Part shown: positions 26,867-37,845 of the stretch, piece by piece | Layout of the letters: each line of letters opens with the position of its first letter | Numbering within the stretch: position 1 is the stretch's first letter | Source of the DNA: Gammaproteobacteria bacterium | GTDB taxonomy: Bacteria > Pseudomonadota > Gammaproteobacteria > GCA-001735895 | DNA: 51,522 nt | Direction of reading: 5' to 3' | Assembly: GCA_009937625.1 (NCBI GenBank) | Contig: JAACFA010000029.1 | Span: forward strand, 1 to 51,522 | Position numbers and translations under genes: made by a program | The notes under the pieces: model-generated | Database searches by the model: none | What the model saw: only the letters and a program-made list of their open reading frames with translations | Told to the model about the DNA's origin: nothing

Positions 26867-28833
26867 TGCCCGAAATCGGACATTTTGCGCTCATCGTGGC
26901 GGTGTGTATTGCCATCGCCCAGGCGTTGATTCCACTGGCCGGAACCATTTTGGGCGTGCAGCGCTGGATCGCGATGGCGGTGCCGGCAGCCCTCGGCCAG
27001 CTTTTGTTTGTCGGAATCTCCTATGCCTGCCTTACCTGGGCCTTCCTGGTCCACGATTTCTCGGTGCTCTACGTGGCGCAGAATTCAAACAGCGAGCTGC
27101 CGCTGATATACCGGATTTCCGGGGTATGGGGCGCGCACGAGGGTTCCCTGTTACTGTGGGCACTGGTGCTGGCATTGTGGACCGGAGCGGTTGCGCTGTT
27201 CACGCCGAACGTGCCGCGCGCGATGCGAGCCCGCGTGCTGGCGGTGCTCGGGCTGGTCAGCTGTGGATTTCTGCTGTTTATCATCATTACCTCGAATCCG
27301 TTTGAGCGACTGTTCCCGGCCGCGGCCCAGGGGCGCGATCTCAATCCGCTGCTGCAGGATATTGGGCTCGCGATCCACCCGCCGATGCTGTATCTCGGTT
27401 ATGTCGGATTCGCGGTTGCCTTCGCGTTCTCGATCGCTGCCCTGATTTCCGGTCAGGTCGATTCGGCCTGGGCCCGCTGGTCGCGCCCCTGGACTAATGT
27501 GGCCTGGCTGTTCCTGACGCTGGGCATCGCGCTCGGCAGCTGGTGGGCCTACTACGAACTGGGCTGGGGCGGTTGGTGGTTCTGGGACCCGGTGGAAAAC
27601 GCTTCCTTTATGCCGTGGCTGGTCGGTACCGCCTTGATGCATTCGCTCGCGATCACCGAGAAGCGCGGCACCTTCAAGGCCTGGACCGCACTGCTGGCGA
27701 TTTTCGCGTTTGCGCTGAGCCTGCTAGGTACTTTCCTGGTGCGTTCCGGCGTGTTGACCTCGGTGCATGCCTTTGCCAGTGATCCGGAGCGGGGCGTGTT
27801 CATCCTCGGCTTCCTGGTTCTGGTAGTAGGCGGATCGCTGCTGCTCTACGCCTGGCGTGCACCGCTGCTGAAGAGCGCGGCGCAAACCAACCTGCTGTCG
27901 CGTGACAGTGCCTTGCTGCTGAATAATATTTTTCTTACCGTGGTGACTGCGGCGATCCTGCTGGGTACGCTGTACCCGATCGCGATCGACGCGATGGGAG
28001 GCAAGATTTCGGTCGGCCCGCCTTACTTCAACCTGATGTTTATCCTGTTGACCGCCCCGCTCGGCGTGCTGATCGGCATCGGGATGCTGATCCGCTGGAA
28101 AAACGACAGCCTGCAGCGCCTCAAATCGAGACTCTGGATGCCGGCATTGCTGGCGCTGGTGCTGGGGGCGGTGCTTGCCCTGTTGCAGCCCGATTGGCAA
28201 TGGGCCGCGTACGGTGGGTTGGCGATGGCCGTCTGGATTGCGATGACCGCGGTCATGGCAGTCTATGAAAGGTTTCGCAACCGTTCCCTGGCATCGGCGC
28301 TGCGTTCCACGCCGGCGGGATTCTACGGCATGATACTGGGGCATATCGGGATCGCGGTGTTTATTGTCGGTGTGACCCTGACCAGTCTGTATACCAAGGA
28401 AAAGGACTTGCGCATGGCGCCGGGCGATACCTACTCGGTGGCCGGTTACGAATTCACTTTCCATGGCGTACGCGAGTTCGATATAGCTAACTACGTTGCA
28501 ACCCGCGGCGGTTTCACGGTGCGTTCCGAAAACGGTAATTTCAGCGCTGAAATGTTCCCCGAAAAAAGGACCTACCTGGTGCAGACCATGCCGATGACCG
28601 AGGCGGCGATCGATGCCGGCCTCACCCGCGATTTGTTCATCGCGCTCGGTGAGCCGCTGGACCAGCAGGGCGCCTGGGCGGTCAGGATTTATTACAAGCC
28701 GTTTATCCGCTGGATCTGGCTCGGCGCCATCATCATGTCGATTGGTGGCCTGTTTGCCGCCAGCGATCGGCGTTACCGTCGGTTGGCGCGCACCACCAGT
28801 TCCGCTGGCGACGCTGCGGAGCGGGCGGCATGA
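26863..28833 (+). CDS. ccmF: Cytochrome c haem lyase subunit CcmF
   Basis: 656 aa, polytopic, with WWFWDPVENASFMPW (the WWD motif). Confidence 0.95.
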   Translation: MMPEIGHFALIVAVCIAIAQALIPLAGTILGVQRWIAMAVPAALGQLLFVGISYACLTWAFLVHDFSVLYVAQNSNSELPLIYRISGVWGAHEGSLLLWALVLALWTGAVALFTPNVPRAMRARVLAVLGLVSCGFLLFIIITSNPFERLFPAAAQGRDLNPLLQDIGLAIHPPMLYLGYVGFAVAFAFSIAALISGQVDSAWARWSRPWTNVAWLFLTLGIALGSWWAYYELGWGGWWFWDPVENASFMPWLVGTALMHSLAITEKRGTFKAWTALLAIFAFALSLLGTFLVRSGVLTSVHAFASDPERGVFILGFLVLVVGGSLLLYAWRAPLLKSAAQTNLLSRDSALLLNNIFLTVVTAAILLGTLYPIAIDAMGGKISVGPPYFNLMFILLTAPLGVLIGIGMLIRWKNDSLQRLKSRLWMPALLALVLGAVLALLQPDWQWAAYGGLAMAVWIAMTAVMAVYERFRNRSLASALRSTPAGFYGMILGHIGIAVFIVGVTLTSLYTKEKDLRMAPGDTYSVAGYEFTFHGVREFDIANYVATRGGFTVRSENGNFSAEMFPEKRTYLVQTMPMTEAAIDAGLTRDLFIALGEPLDQQGAWAVRIYYKPFIRWIWLGAIIMSIGGLFAASDRRYRRLARTTSSAGDAAERAA

Positions 28834-29354
28834 TTCGCTTTGCGCTACCGCTAGGGATTTTCGTGCTGATGGTGGGACTGCTCGGCTACGGGCTGCGGCT
28901 CGATCCGAAGAAGGTACCCTCGCCGTTGATCGAAAAGCCGGCACCGGCGTTTTCGCTGGCAATGCTGGATGATCCCGCGCGCCAGCTTTCGACCGAGGAT
29001 ATGAAAGGCCAGGTCTGGATCCTGAACGTATGGGCTTCATGGTGTATATCCTGCCGTGCCGAGCACGAGGTGATTACCAAGTTGGCCAACCGCAACCTGG
29101 TGACCGTGGTCGGCCTCAACTATAAGGACGAATCGGACGATGCAACTCGCTGGTTGCAGCAGTTCGGCAACCCTTATGCGACCAGCGTAATCGATAGAGA
29201 TGGCCGGGTCGGTATCGACTGGGGGGTTTACGGAGTGCCTGAAACCTTCATCATCGGCGCCGACGGACTCATCAAGTACAAACATATCGGGCCCGTTACA
29301 CACGAATCGCTGGAACAGAAAATTATGCCGATACTCAGGGAGTTGTTGAGTTGA
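28830..29354 (+). CDS. ccmG: Thiol:disulfide interchange protein DsbE/CcmG
   Basis: 174 aa with active site WASWCISC and GVYGVPETF. Confidence 0.95.
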   Translation: MIRFALPLGIFVLMVGLLGYGLRLDPKKVPSPLIEKPAPAFSLAMLDDPARQLSTEDMKGQVWILNVWASWCISCRAEHEVITKLANRNLVTVVGLNYKDESDDATRWLQQFGNPYATSVIDRDGRVGIDWGVYGVPETFIIGADGLIKYKHIGPVTHESLEQKIMPILRELLS

Positions 29355-29809
29355 AAACGCTGATCTTTTTGCTTGTAGGCGGTTTATGGCTCGCCCCCGC
29401 GCAGGCAGCGATCGAGGCCTATCAATTCGATTCGCCCCAGATGGAAGCCGATTACAACAAGCTGGTGGCAGAGCTGCGTTGCCTGGTCTGCCAGAACCAG
29501 AACCTGGCCGAATCCGATGCCGACCTGGCGCAGGATTTGCGGCGCGAAACCTATGAAATGCTGCAGCAGGGAAAAACCCCGCAACAGGTGTCCGAGTTCA
29601 TGGTTGCCCGCTACGGCGATTTCGTACTCTACCGGCCGCAATTCAAATCCAGCACCTACCTGCTGTGGCTGGGTCCCTTTCTGTTACTGGTAGTGGTGCT
29701 CGTCATCGTGGGGCGCCGCCTGCGCGCCTCGGCAAAACCGGTAGAGGTCGACGCTGACGCGCTGGCCGACGCCAAACAGTTACTGGAAAAGGACACGCCT
29801 GAAAAATGA
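29351..29809 (+). CDS. ccmH: Cytochrome c-type biogenesis protein CcmH
   Basis: 152 aa with the LRCLVCQNQ motif and a C-terminal TM helix. Confidence 0.9.
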   Translation: MKTLIFLLVGGLWLAPAQAAIEAYQFDSPQMEADYNKLVAELRCLVCQNQNLAESDADLAQDLRRETYEMLQQGKTPQQVSEFMVARYGDFVLYRPQFKSSTYLLWLGPFLLLVVVLVIVGRRLRASAKPVEVDADALADAKQLLEKDTPEK

Positions 29810-30786
29810 CTTTCTGGATTATCACCATCGCGCTGCTTGCGCTCGCGCTCGTTATTTTGTTGTTACCGTTGCTGCGCGCCACTCGCACGCAACAAAACGA
29901 TCAACGCCAGCAGCAGAATATCCAGATCGCGCGCGAGAAAAAGGCACTGCTCGAGACGCAACTGGCGGATGGGGAAATCGACCAGGCCGACTTTGACAGC
30001 GCTTACCTGGATCTGCAAAACGCGCTCGCGCTGGAACTCAGCCGTGACGAGACGGTGGACCAGCAAGCGCGCGGCAAGTGGATGGCTGCACTGATCGTGC
30101 TCGCGGTGCCGGCCGCCAGCGTCGTGCTCTATTTTATGCTTGGCGAATACCGGGTGATTGAGAATCCGCGCCTGGCGCAGGCTCAGGCCCAGGTGCCGGC
30201 GCATGCGCAGGTGCAGCAGGGAGCGGCAGCCCCGCAGATGACCCTGCAGGAGATGGAAGCAGCGATCAAGGAGCGGTTGCGCGATAATCCCGAGGACGTC
30301 GAGGGCTGGTTCATGCTGGGCCGCACGATGATGGCAAAGCAGCAATACGACGAGGCGGTTACCGCGTTTCAGCGCAGTAAAGACCTGCTGGCCGACGAGC
30401 CTGGCATCCTGTTTGCTCTCGCCGATGCGCTGGCGATGCAAAATAACGGCAACCTGCTGGGAGAACCTGAGGAACTGGTGCTGCGCGGGCTGCAGCTGGC
30501 ACCGCGTTTTCCGAACGGTCTCTGGCTTGCCGGCATGGCAGCCGAGCAGCGTCAGGATTACAAGTCGGCGCATCGTTACTGGACCCAGTTGCTGCCCCTG
30601 ATTAGCGATAATCCGGACTCCACGCGTGAGATAAGATCGCTGCTGGCTAAACTCGAAGAACGCGAACCGGAGCTAGCGAGCGCTGCCACCGACCCGGCCA
30701 GCGGGAGCGGCAGCCGCATTAGCCTGGTGGTTGATATCAGCCCGCAATTGAAATCGAAAGCCAAACCCGAAGACGCCGTATTCTAG
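29806..30786 (+). CDS. ccmI: CcmI/CycH (TPR apocytochrome chaperone), reading frame ends prematurely
   Basis: 326 aa: N-terminal TM helix, second TM helix, then a TPR region (GWFMLGRTMMAKQQYDEAVTAFQRS...). It ends ...KPEDAVF*. The conserved C-terminal tail continues out of frame (next feature). Confidence 0.8.
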   Translation: MTFWIITIALLALALVILLLPLLRATRTQQNDQRQQQNIQIAREKKALLETQLADGEIDQADFDSAYLDLQNALALELSRDETVDQQARGKWMAALIVLAVPAASVVLYFMLGEYRVIENPRLAQAQAQVPAHAQVQQGAAAPQMTLQEMEAAIKERLRDNPEDVEGWFMLGRTMMAKQQYDEAVTAFQRSKDLLADEPGILFALADALAMQNNGNLLGEPEELVLRGLQLAPRFPNGLWLAGMAAEQRQDYKSAHRYWTQLLPLISDNPDSTREIRSLLAKLEEREPELASAATDPASGSGSRISLVVDISPQLKSKAKPEDAVF

Positions 30787-30812
30787 CGGTAAAGAAGCTG
30801 ACGCTGGCCGAT

Positions 30813-31019
30813 TTGCCGGCAACGCTTACGCTGAGCGACTCAGACGCGATGATGCCCGCGATGAAGCTGTCGTCGTTCAAGCAGGTAATCGTCGGAGCGC
30901 GCGTTTCGACCAGCGGCAACCCGGTAGCGCAAGCAGGCGATTTCTATACCGAGATGGAATCGATCGATAGCGCCAATCCACCGGCCGAAATATCCCTCAC
31001 CATCGACCAGATCAAGTAG
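30813..31019 (+). pseudogene. ccmI: Out-of-frame C-terminal remnant of ccmI
   Basis: The track ORF (TTG start) reads ...LPATLTLSDSDAMMPAMKLSSFKQVIVGARVSTSGNPVAQAGDF... This matches my memory of CcmI/CycH C-terminal tails. The same frame read upstream gives ILAVKKLTLAD directly after the stop of the 29806 frame. Confidence 0.7.
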
Positions 31020-31047
31020 ATCCTCGACCCTCTGTGCGGTTGTTGGA

Positions 31048-31956
31048 CTAGCCGCCGAAGGTCTCGGCGCTGGCCGCCTGCAGCGCCGGTATCGAGACAG
31101 AATCCCAGTGGTTAATCGCCCAGCCGAGAACTCTCTCCGGGCTTTCGTGCTGCAGTTCGGCAGCAGGAGACTGGCCGAGGTGGCGCAACGCGGCTACCAA
31201 CTGCCGGGAAGCCTGACGATGATCGATCGGATTGGCGCCGGTCTGCTTGCTCAGCTTCACGCCCTGGGCGTTGTTGACCAGCGGGATGTGCATGTAACGC
31301 GGACTGGAAAATCCGAGCTTTTGCTGCAGGAAGATATGCAGGCAGGTGTTCTCCAGCAGGTCGGCGCCGCGCACGACTTCGTTGATGCCCTGGAGTTCGT
31401 CGTCGACCACCACCGCAAGATGGTAAGCGAAAATATCGTCGGCGCGGCGCAGTACGAAATCGCCTACCGACTCGGGCAGGTTTAATTCGAACGCGCCGTA
31501 AACCTGGTCGACGAATCCGACCGTGTTCGCGGTCGCCGTGTTCAGGCGAATCGAGTGGCCCGCGGGTGGCAGGTTTTTGCGGCGACAGTTACCCGGGTAG
31601 ATCTGGCCCAGTGGGCCGCTACGCGCGCCCTGTTCACGCAGGATACGGCGGCTGCATTCACAGGCGTAGCAAGCGCCCCGTTCGAATAGCTTTTCGAGGT
31701 AACAGCGGTACTGCTCGAACTGGTCGCTTTGATATAAAACCGGCCCATCCCAGGTAAAACCGAAGGCTTCGAGATCGCGCAGTATCTGCTGGTCCGCACC
31801 GCTAACGACACGCGGCGTGTCGACATCCTCGATGCGCAGCAGCCACCGTCCCCGCTGCGCTCTGGCCTGGCAATAGCTCGCCAGCGCGGCTACCAGCGAT
31901 CCGAAGTGTAGCGGACCTGAAGGTGAGGGTGCGAATCGACCGGTCGTCGGCATCAA
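31048..31956 (-). CDS. gluQ: tRNA glutamyl-Q(34) synthetase GluQRS
   Basis: 302 aa. [16 protein letters not shown] (HIGH-like), a truncated GluRS catalytic core with no anticodon-binding domain, and KLSKQ (KMSKS-like). Confidence 0.9.
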   Translation of the reverse strand: MMPTTGRFAPSPSGPLHFGSLVAALASYCQARAQRGRWLLRIEDVDTPRVVSGADQQILRDLEAFGFTWDGPVLYQSDQFEQYRCYLEKLFERGACYACECSRRILREQGARSGPLGQIYPGNCRRKNLPPAGHSIRLNTATANTVGFVDQVYGAFELNLPESVGDFVLRRADDIFAYHLAVVVDDELQGINEVVRGADLLENTCLHIFLQQKLGFSSPRYMHIPLVNNAQGVKLSKQTGANPIDHRQASRQLVAALRHLGQSPAAELQHESPERVLGWAINHWDSVSIPALQAASAETFGG

Positions 31957-33083
31957 GTTAAGAGATTGACGAGAATACTCTGGTAAATATCGGACAACTT
32001 ATCGAGCTCGCCGGTGTCGACATGTTCGTTGACCTTGTGGATGGAATCGTTGACCGGCCCCAGCTCGAGCACCTGTGCGCCGGTAGGTGCGATGAAACGT
32101 CCATCGGAAGTGCCGCCGGTGGTTTGCAGGTCGGTATCGAGGCCGGTGTGCTGTTTGATTGCCTGCCTCGCGGCCTGCAAAAGTTCACCTTCCGCGGTCA
32201 GGAATGGATAACCCGATATCTTCCAGTCGATGTCATAGTCGAGTTCGTGCTTGTCGAGGATTATCCGGGTGGTTTCGATTATCTGGTTCGCATCGATCTC
32301 GGTCGAGTAGCGCAGGTTGAACAGCACTTCGGCGTGGCCGGGGACGACATTGTGCGCGCCGGTGCCGGAATTGATGTTGGATATCTGCAGGCTGGTTGGC
32401 GGGAAGAAACGGTTGCCCTGGTCCCACTCGTGCCGCGCCAGGTCATGCAGCGCCGGCATCGCGCGGTGGATCGGGTTATCGACCTTGTGCGGGTAGGCCA
32501 CGTGACCCTGAACACCGTGGATCGTCAGACTGGCGCCGATCGAACCGCGCCTGCCGTTCTTGCAGACGTCGCCGACATGCTCGTGGCTGGAAGGTTCGCC
32601 GATCAGTGCCCAGGTGATTTTTTCACCCCGGGCTTCGAGCGCCTCGATCACCTTGACGGTGCCGTTGACCGCGACGCCCTCCTCGTCGCTGGTGATCAGC
32701 AGGGCGATCGACCCAAAATGATCGGGATGATCGGCGATAAACGCTTCACAGGCGGTTACCATCGCGGCAATGCTGGATTTCATGTCGGCGGCGCCGCGGC
32801 CGAAGAGCACGCCGTCGCGAATTTCGGGGACAAACGGGTCGCTATCCCATTTTTCCAGCGGCCCGGGAGGCACTACGTCGGTATGACCGGCAAATGCAAG
32901 CACCGGCCCATCCTGGCCGCGTCGGGCCCAGAGATTCGTGACATCGTCGAACACCATGGTCTCGCATTCGAATCCTATCGCGGCGAGCCGCTCGATCAAG
33001 AGCGCCTGGCAACCCGCGTCATCCGGGGTAACCGACTGCCTGGCGATCAGGTCCGAGGCGAGTTGTACGGTTGCACTGCTCAT
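31953..33083 (-). CDS. dapE: Succinyl-diaminopimelate desuccinylase DapE
   Basis: 376 aa, M20 peptidase motifs ([23 protein letters not shown]). Length matches DapE, and it sits in a dap neighbourhood. Confidence 0.92.
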   Translation of the reverse strand: MSSATVQLASDLIARQSVTPDDAGCQALLIERLAAIGFECETMVFDDVTNLWARRGQDGPVLAFAGHTDVVPPGPLEKWDSDPFVPEIRDGVLFGRGAADMKSSIAAMVTACEAFIADHPDHFGSIALLITSDEEGVAVNGTVKVIEALEARGEKITWALIGEPSSHEHVGDVCKNGRRGSIGASLTIHGVQGHVAYPHKVDNPIHRAMPALHDLARHEWDQGNRFFPPTSLQISNINSGTGAHNVVPGHAEVLFNLRYSTEIDANQIIETTRIILDKHELDYDIDWKISGYPFLTAEGELLQAARQAIKQHTGLDTDLQTTGGTSDGRFIAPTGAQVLELGPVNDSIHKVNEHVDTGELDKLSDIYQSILVNLLT

Positions 33084-33086
33084 GGT

Positions 33087-33443
33087 CTAGCTGAATATCT
33101 CCTGGTACTTTTGATCGTCGAAGCCGATGTATAACCGGTTATGACTGGCGAGTATCGGTCGTTTGATGATAGCCGGATTATCGAGCATGACCTGCAGCGC
33201 CGATTCACGGTCAATACCGTCCTTGACTCCGGCAGGCAGGTTGCGCCAGGTCGTGCCACGACGATTCAACATATTTTCCCAGCCGAGTTCCAACTCCGTC
33301 GAAGTTAACCATTCCCGATCCAGCCCATGCTTGCGATAATCGTGAAAGTCGTAGCCGATATCCCGGCTCTCCAGCCAGCGCCGCGCCTTTTTGATCGTAT
33401 CGCAATTGGCGATACCGTAAAGTCTTGTCTCGCTCACCGTCAA
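33087..33443 (-). CDS. ArsC/Spx-family (YffB-like) reductase
   Basis: 118 aa, LYGIANCDTIKKARRWLE..., the single-Cys YffB type. Commonly found between dapD and dapE. Confidence 0.85.
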   Translation of the reverse strand: MTVSETRLYGIANCDTIKKARRWLESRDIGYDFHDYRKHGLDREWLTSTELELGWENMLNRRGTTWRNLPAGVKDGIDRESALQVMLDNPAIIKRPILASHNRLYIGFDDQKYQEIFS

Positions 33444-33447
33444 GCGC

Positions 33448-34269
<822 letters not shown>

Positions 34270-34279
34270 GAGTAATCTC

Positions 34280-35479
34280 CTAAAGAGCCGATATCAGTGA
34301 ATTAATGCGTCGCGCCGCATCGAGGCATTCGTCCAGGGGAGCCACCAGCGCCATGCGAACGCGATTCTCGCCGGGATTGCTACCGTTGTGGTCGCGCGAC
34401 AGGTATCGTCCCGGCAGTACCGTAACGTTTTGTTCGGCGTATAGACGTCGCGCGAACTCGGTATCGGAAACGGGTGTGTCGGCCCACAGGTAAAACCCGG
34501 CCTGCGGTTTCTGCGGCGCGAGTGTATCAGAAAGCAGGGCCAAAACCTGCTCGAATTTTTCACGGTAGCGAGCCCTGTTTTCGATCACGTGGTGCTCATC
34601 GAGCCAGGCCGCGGCGCTCGCGGACTGGGTGGCCGGCGGTAACGCGCAACCGTGGTAAGTTCGGTACAGCAGAAACTGCTTTAGTATCCCGGCGTCGCCG
34701 GCAACGAAGCCCGAGCGCAATCCCGGCAGGTTGGAGCGCTTTGACAGGCTGTGGAAAGCCAGGCAGCGTTCGAAGCCGTCGTTGCCCATTGCCGCGGCAA
34801 CTCCGAGCAGTCCCGCCGGCGGATCGTCCTCCTCGAAGTAAATCTCGGAGTAGCACTCGTCGCTGGCGATAACGAAATCGTATTTATCAGCCAGTTCGAT
34901 CAGGCGCTGCAGGTAGGCGCTGGACATAACCGCGCCGCTTGGGTTGCCTGGCGTGCAAATGTATATCAGCTGGCAGCGCGACCATTCCTCGGCCTCGACC
35001 TGGTCGAGATCGGGCAGAAAGCCGTTCTCCGGCAGGCAGTCGAGATAGCGCGGTGCGGCGCCTGACAGCAGGGCGGCACCCTCGTAGATCTGGTAGAAAG
35101 GGTTCGGCATCATGACCAGCGGCCGGCTCGAGCCCCGGTCGACGACGGCCTGCGCGATGGCAAATAACGCTTCGCGGGTGCCGCTAACCGGCAGCAGGCT
35201 GGTTTCCGGGTCAAGCAGTTCCGGTTTGATTGCAAAGCGCCGGCTAACCCAGGCCGCGATTGCCTCGCGCAGCGCCTGGCTGCCTTTGGTGCTGGGATAA
35301 TTCGATAGTTGATGCAGGTGCGCAATCAGGTTCTCGATTACGAAATGGGGTGCCGGGTGCCGCGGTTCGCCAACCGATAGCGCGATATGGTCGAGATGCT
35401 CGGGCGGTTGCAGGCCCTGTTTCAACTCGGCCAGTTTCTCGAACGGGTAGCGGTGTAGCAGGGCTAAGTCTGAATTCAT
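34280..35479 (-). CDS. dapC: Succinyldiaminopimelate transaminase (DapC-type class I aminotransferase)
   Basis: Track ORF 34280..35539; start moved to ATG 35479 ([20 protein letters not shown]...). PLP-lysine context [12 protein letters not shown]. Confidence 0.85.
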   Translation of the reverse strand: MNSDLALLHRYPFEKLAELKQGLQPPEHLDHIALSVGEPRHPAPHFVIENLIAHLHQLSNYPSTKGSQALREAIAAWVSRRFAIKPELLDPETSLLPVSGTREALFAIAQAVVDRGSSRPLVMMPNPFYQIYEGAALLSGAAPRYLDCLPENGFLPDLDQVEAEEWSRCQLIYICTPGNPSGAVMSSAYLQRLIELADKYDFVIASDECYSEIYFEEDDPPAGLLGVAAAMGNDGFERCLAFHSLSKRSNLPGLRSGFVAGDAGILKQFLLYRTYHGCALPPATQSASAAAWLDEHHVIENRARYREKFEQVLALLSDTLAPQKPQAGFYLWADTPVSDTEFARRLYAEQNVTVLPGRYLSRDHNGSNPGENRVRMALVAPLDECLDAARRINSLISAL

Positions 35480-35627
35480 GAGGGTTCGATCCGTGCAGGA
35501 ACCGATAGTATAGCGGTAGCGGCGGTGTTTTAAATCCACCCATCGTCGATTCCAGGCGTAAAATTCCGCTATGCTCTCGAGGCGCTCGCCGCGAGAACCC
35601 GGGTCGGGATGATGTCGGGGTAGAAAC

Positions 35628-35948
35628 TTGCCAGGCGACGGCTATGTCGCGGCGGCCGGCGGGCAGGCCGCCAATACGCTGGCGGGGGTGGACCGGATTC
35701 GACTGGTTAATCCATCCCAGGGCCAGCTTTATCGCGGTGACGATGGCTTGTTTCGCAGTCGCGGTGACGCCGAGTTGCCGGCCGACGCTGCGGTATCGGT
35801 AACCTCTGGGGCGCTCGAATTAAGTAACGTCAACGCGGTCGATGCGATGGTGCGGATGATCGATGATGCTCGTTTCTACGACCAGCAGGTGAAGCTGGCC
35901 AGCGAAAACGATGCCGCAAGTGCGCGCTTGATGCGCATGTCGGGCTAG
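35628..35948 (+). pseudogene. flgF: Isolated C-terminal fragment of a flagellar basal-body rod protein (FlgF/FlgG family)
   Basis: 106-aa ORF with a TTG start. ...RIRLVNPSQGQLYRGDDGLFRSRGDAELPADAAVSVTSGALELSNVNAVDAMVRMIDDARFYDQQVKLASENDAASARLMRMSG matches the conserved rod-protein C-terminus (GALE.SNVN...EMV.MI...R.(F/Y)E). The N-terminal ~60% is absent and a stop lies just upstream. Confidence 0.7.
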
Positions 35949-35985
35949 CGCAAAATATCCCGGTATTTAACTACCGGTTCCAGAT

Positions 35986-36477
35986 TTGACGGATTCTGAT
36001 AATGCGCGCGAGGATTATCTCGCAATGCGCGACAACGTTCTCAGCGTGCAGCTGGCGACAGTCAACGCTGACGGTAAACCCGAGGCGAGTTATGCACCCT
36101 GCGCCTGGGTCGAGAATAACTTCTATCTTTTTCTTTCCCAACTATCGAGCCATACCGGCAACCTCGCGCAAAATCCCGCGATCAGCCTGCTGCTGATCGA
36201 AGATGCGGCTGCAACGTCGAATTATTTTGCCCGCAAGCGCGCTAGTTTGCACGGCAGGGTGCGGACGGTAGCGCGTGAGGACGAAGCCTTTGCCAGAATC
36301 ATGCAGGCGTTCCACCGGCGTTTCGGCAAGGTCATGGAGATCATCGAACCGCTACCCGATTTCCATCTGTTTTGCGTAGAAGCCGAGTCGGGCAGCTTCG
36401 TTCGCGGTTTCGGGCAGGCGTATGAGTTATCGGGCGCGGAGCTGGACCAGCTGACCCCGGTGGATCCCAGGAAGTAG
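35986..36477 (+). CDS. HutZ/HugZ-like pyridoxamine-5'-phosphate-oxidase-fold protein
   Basis: 163 aa. The split-barrel FMN-binding-fold pattern (VLSVQLATVNADGKPEASYAP ... FYLFLSQLSSHTGNL ... FGQAYEL) resembles the HutZ family. Confidence 0.6.
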   Translation: MTDSDNAREDYLAMRDNVLSVQLATVNADGKPEASYAPCAWVENNFYLFLSQLSSHTGNLAQNPAISLLLIEDAAATSNYFARKRASLHGRVRTVAREDEAFARIMQAFHRRFGKVMEIIEPLPDFHLFCVEAESGSFVRGFGQAYELSGAELDQLTPVDPRK

Positions 36478-36588
36478 CGCCTGGGGCCGTCGCCCAATCG
36501 AGCGCATCGATTTTCCGGATGAGTTTGGCGACCCCATGCGATTGGCGAATTTCCGTAATCTATTGCTCGGTATTCGATTGCAGCGGAA

Positions 36589-36852
36589 TTATAGTCCCAG
36601 TCCCCTGGGCTGAGTGCGGTCATAAGTTGACGAATTGGTCATGTCTTCATGCTGTATGAAGTTGCCGTCGATCAGGGTTTGGAGAATTTCGACGATGTTT
36701 TCACACAGCGACAGCTCTTTGAGCTTCGCCGCGTCGTTTTTGCCATTGACCAGGATTAGTACCCGTCTTTCTTTTACCGACAGCGCATTCGACCTGTTTT
36801 CGACTTCTGCCTGGCCTTTTGCCGTTTTATGAAAGATTTCGCTCGCTTTCAT
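36589..36852 (-). CDS. Small hypothetical protein downstream of the CbbQ/NorQ-like ATPase
   Basis: 87-aa ORF, same strand as and 49 nt downstream of the ATPase gene. No family recognised. Confidence 0.45.
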   Translation of the reverse strand: MKASEIFHKTAKGQAEVENRSNALSVKERRVLILVNGKNDAAKLKELSLCENIVEILQTLIDGNFIQHEDMTNSSTYDRTQPRGLGL

Positions 36853-36901
36853 CGATAGTCGGGTCCGCTAGTGTGCCTTTGATACTTATCGACAGAGAAA
36901 T

Positions 36902-37744
36902 TCAGAAGACCGAGGCGCAGAGTTCGTTCACCGCGCTAATCATCTCGCGGTCGTCGGTGAGCGCCTGCGATACTGCGCTGGCGCAGGCGTCGACCGGCGC
37001 GATACCGCTCATCATCAGCTTGCCGGCATGCACCAGCAGGCGCGTGCTGGCGCCTTCGTCGAGGCCGGCGCCCTTCAGGTTGCGCGTGAGTTGCGCGAAT
37101 CGAATCAATAGCCGCGCCCTGGCCGTATCCAGGCCCGACTCGGTTTGCACGATTTTCTGTTCCAGCTCGGCGCCCGGGTAGTCAAACTCCAGCGCGACGA
37201 AACGCTGGCGCGTGCTTTGCTTGATATCCTTGAGAACGCTCTGGTACCCGGGGTTGTAGGAAATCGTCATGCAAAAGTTTTCGTGGGCGACGATTAGTTC
37301 CCCCAGTTTTTCTATCGGCAGTACGCGTCGATCATCTGCCAGCGGATGGATTACCACCGTCGTATCGGCGCGTGCCTCGACGATTTCATCGAGATAGCAG
37401 ATTGCTCCGTTGCGCACCGCCGCGGTCAGCGGGCCATCGACCCAGACGGTCTGGTTATCGGTGATCAGGTAGCGGCCGATCAGATCGGATGCGGTCAGGT
37501 CGTCGTGGCAGGAAACGGTAATCAGCGGCAGATGCAGGCGCCAGGCCATGTACTCCATGAAACGAGTCTTGCCGCAGCCCGTCGGACCACGCAGCGACAC
37601 CGCCAGCTTGTTCTGGTAAGCCGATTCGAAAACCTCGATTTCATTGGCCACGGCCTCGTAGTAAGGTTCCTCGGTAATGCGGTATTCTTGCGGCTTTAAG
37701 GTCTGGGCTAACATGGTTCTAGACTGCTGCGGAGTGGTTCTCAC
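36902..37744 (-). CDS. CbbQ/NirQ/NorQ/GpvN-family MoxR-like AAA+ ATPase
   Basis: 280 aa. Walker A GPTGCGKT, Walker B ICYLDEI, and family-typical YYEAV..EIEVFE and TISYNPGYQS. Confidence 0.9.
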   Translation of the reverse strand: MRTTPQQSRTMLAQTLKPQEYRITEEPYYEAVANEIEVFESAYQNKLAVSLRGPTGCGKTRFMEYMAWRLHLPLITVSCHDDLTASDLIGRYLITDNQTVWVDGPLTAAVRNGAICYLDEIVEARADTTVVIHPLADDRRVLPIEKLGELIVAHENFCMTISYNPGYQSVLKDIKQSTRQRFVALEFDYPGAELEQKIVQTESGLDTARARLLIRFAQLTRNLKGAGLDEGASTRLLVHAGKLMMSGIAPVDACASAVSQALTDDREMISAVNELCASVF

Positions 37745-37845
37745 CTAATGATCAACGATATAATAGTATATATCCACCAGCTGAATTTAGTTTGGTAACA
37801 AATGTGATTTTTAAACAATCTGGTGGTAACTTTTAATAGTCTGTG

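Noticed and set aside
1389-33134. Many long antisense or overlapping track ORFs inside real genes, e.g. 3257..4156(+), 6554..7150(-), 12102..12944(-), 14244..14987(-), 17959..19158(-), 20932..21846(-), 27724..29040(-), 29863..30573(-), 32022..33134(+)
   Set aside because: These are typical shadow ORFs of GC-rich coding DNA, with Arg/Gly/Pro/Ala-rich low-complexity translations. Each is fully embedded opposite to, or out of frame with, a gene that has clear family motifs.
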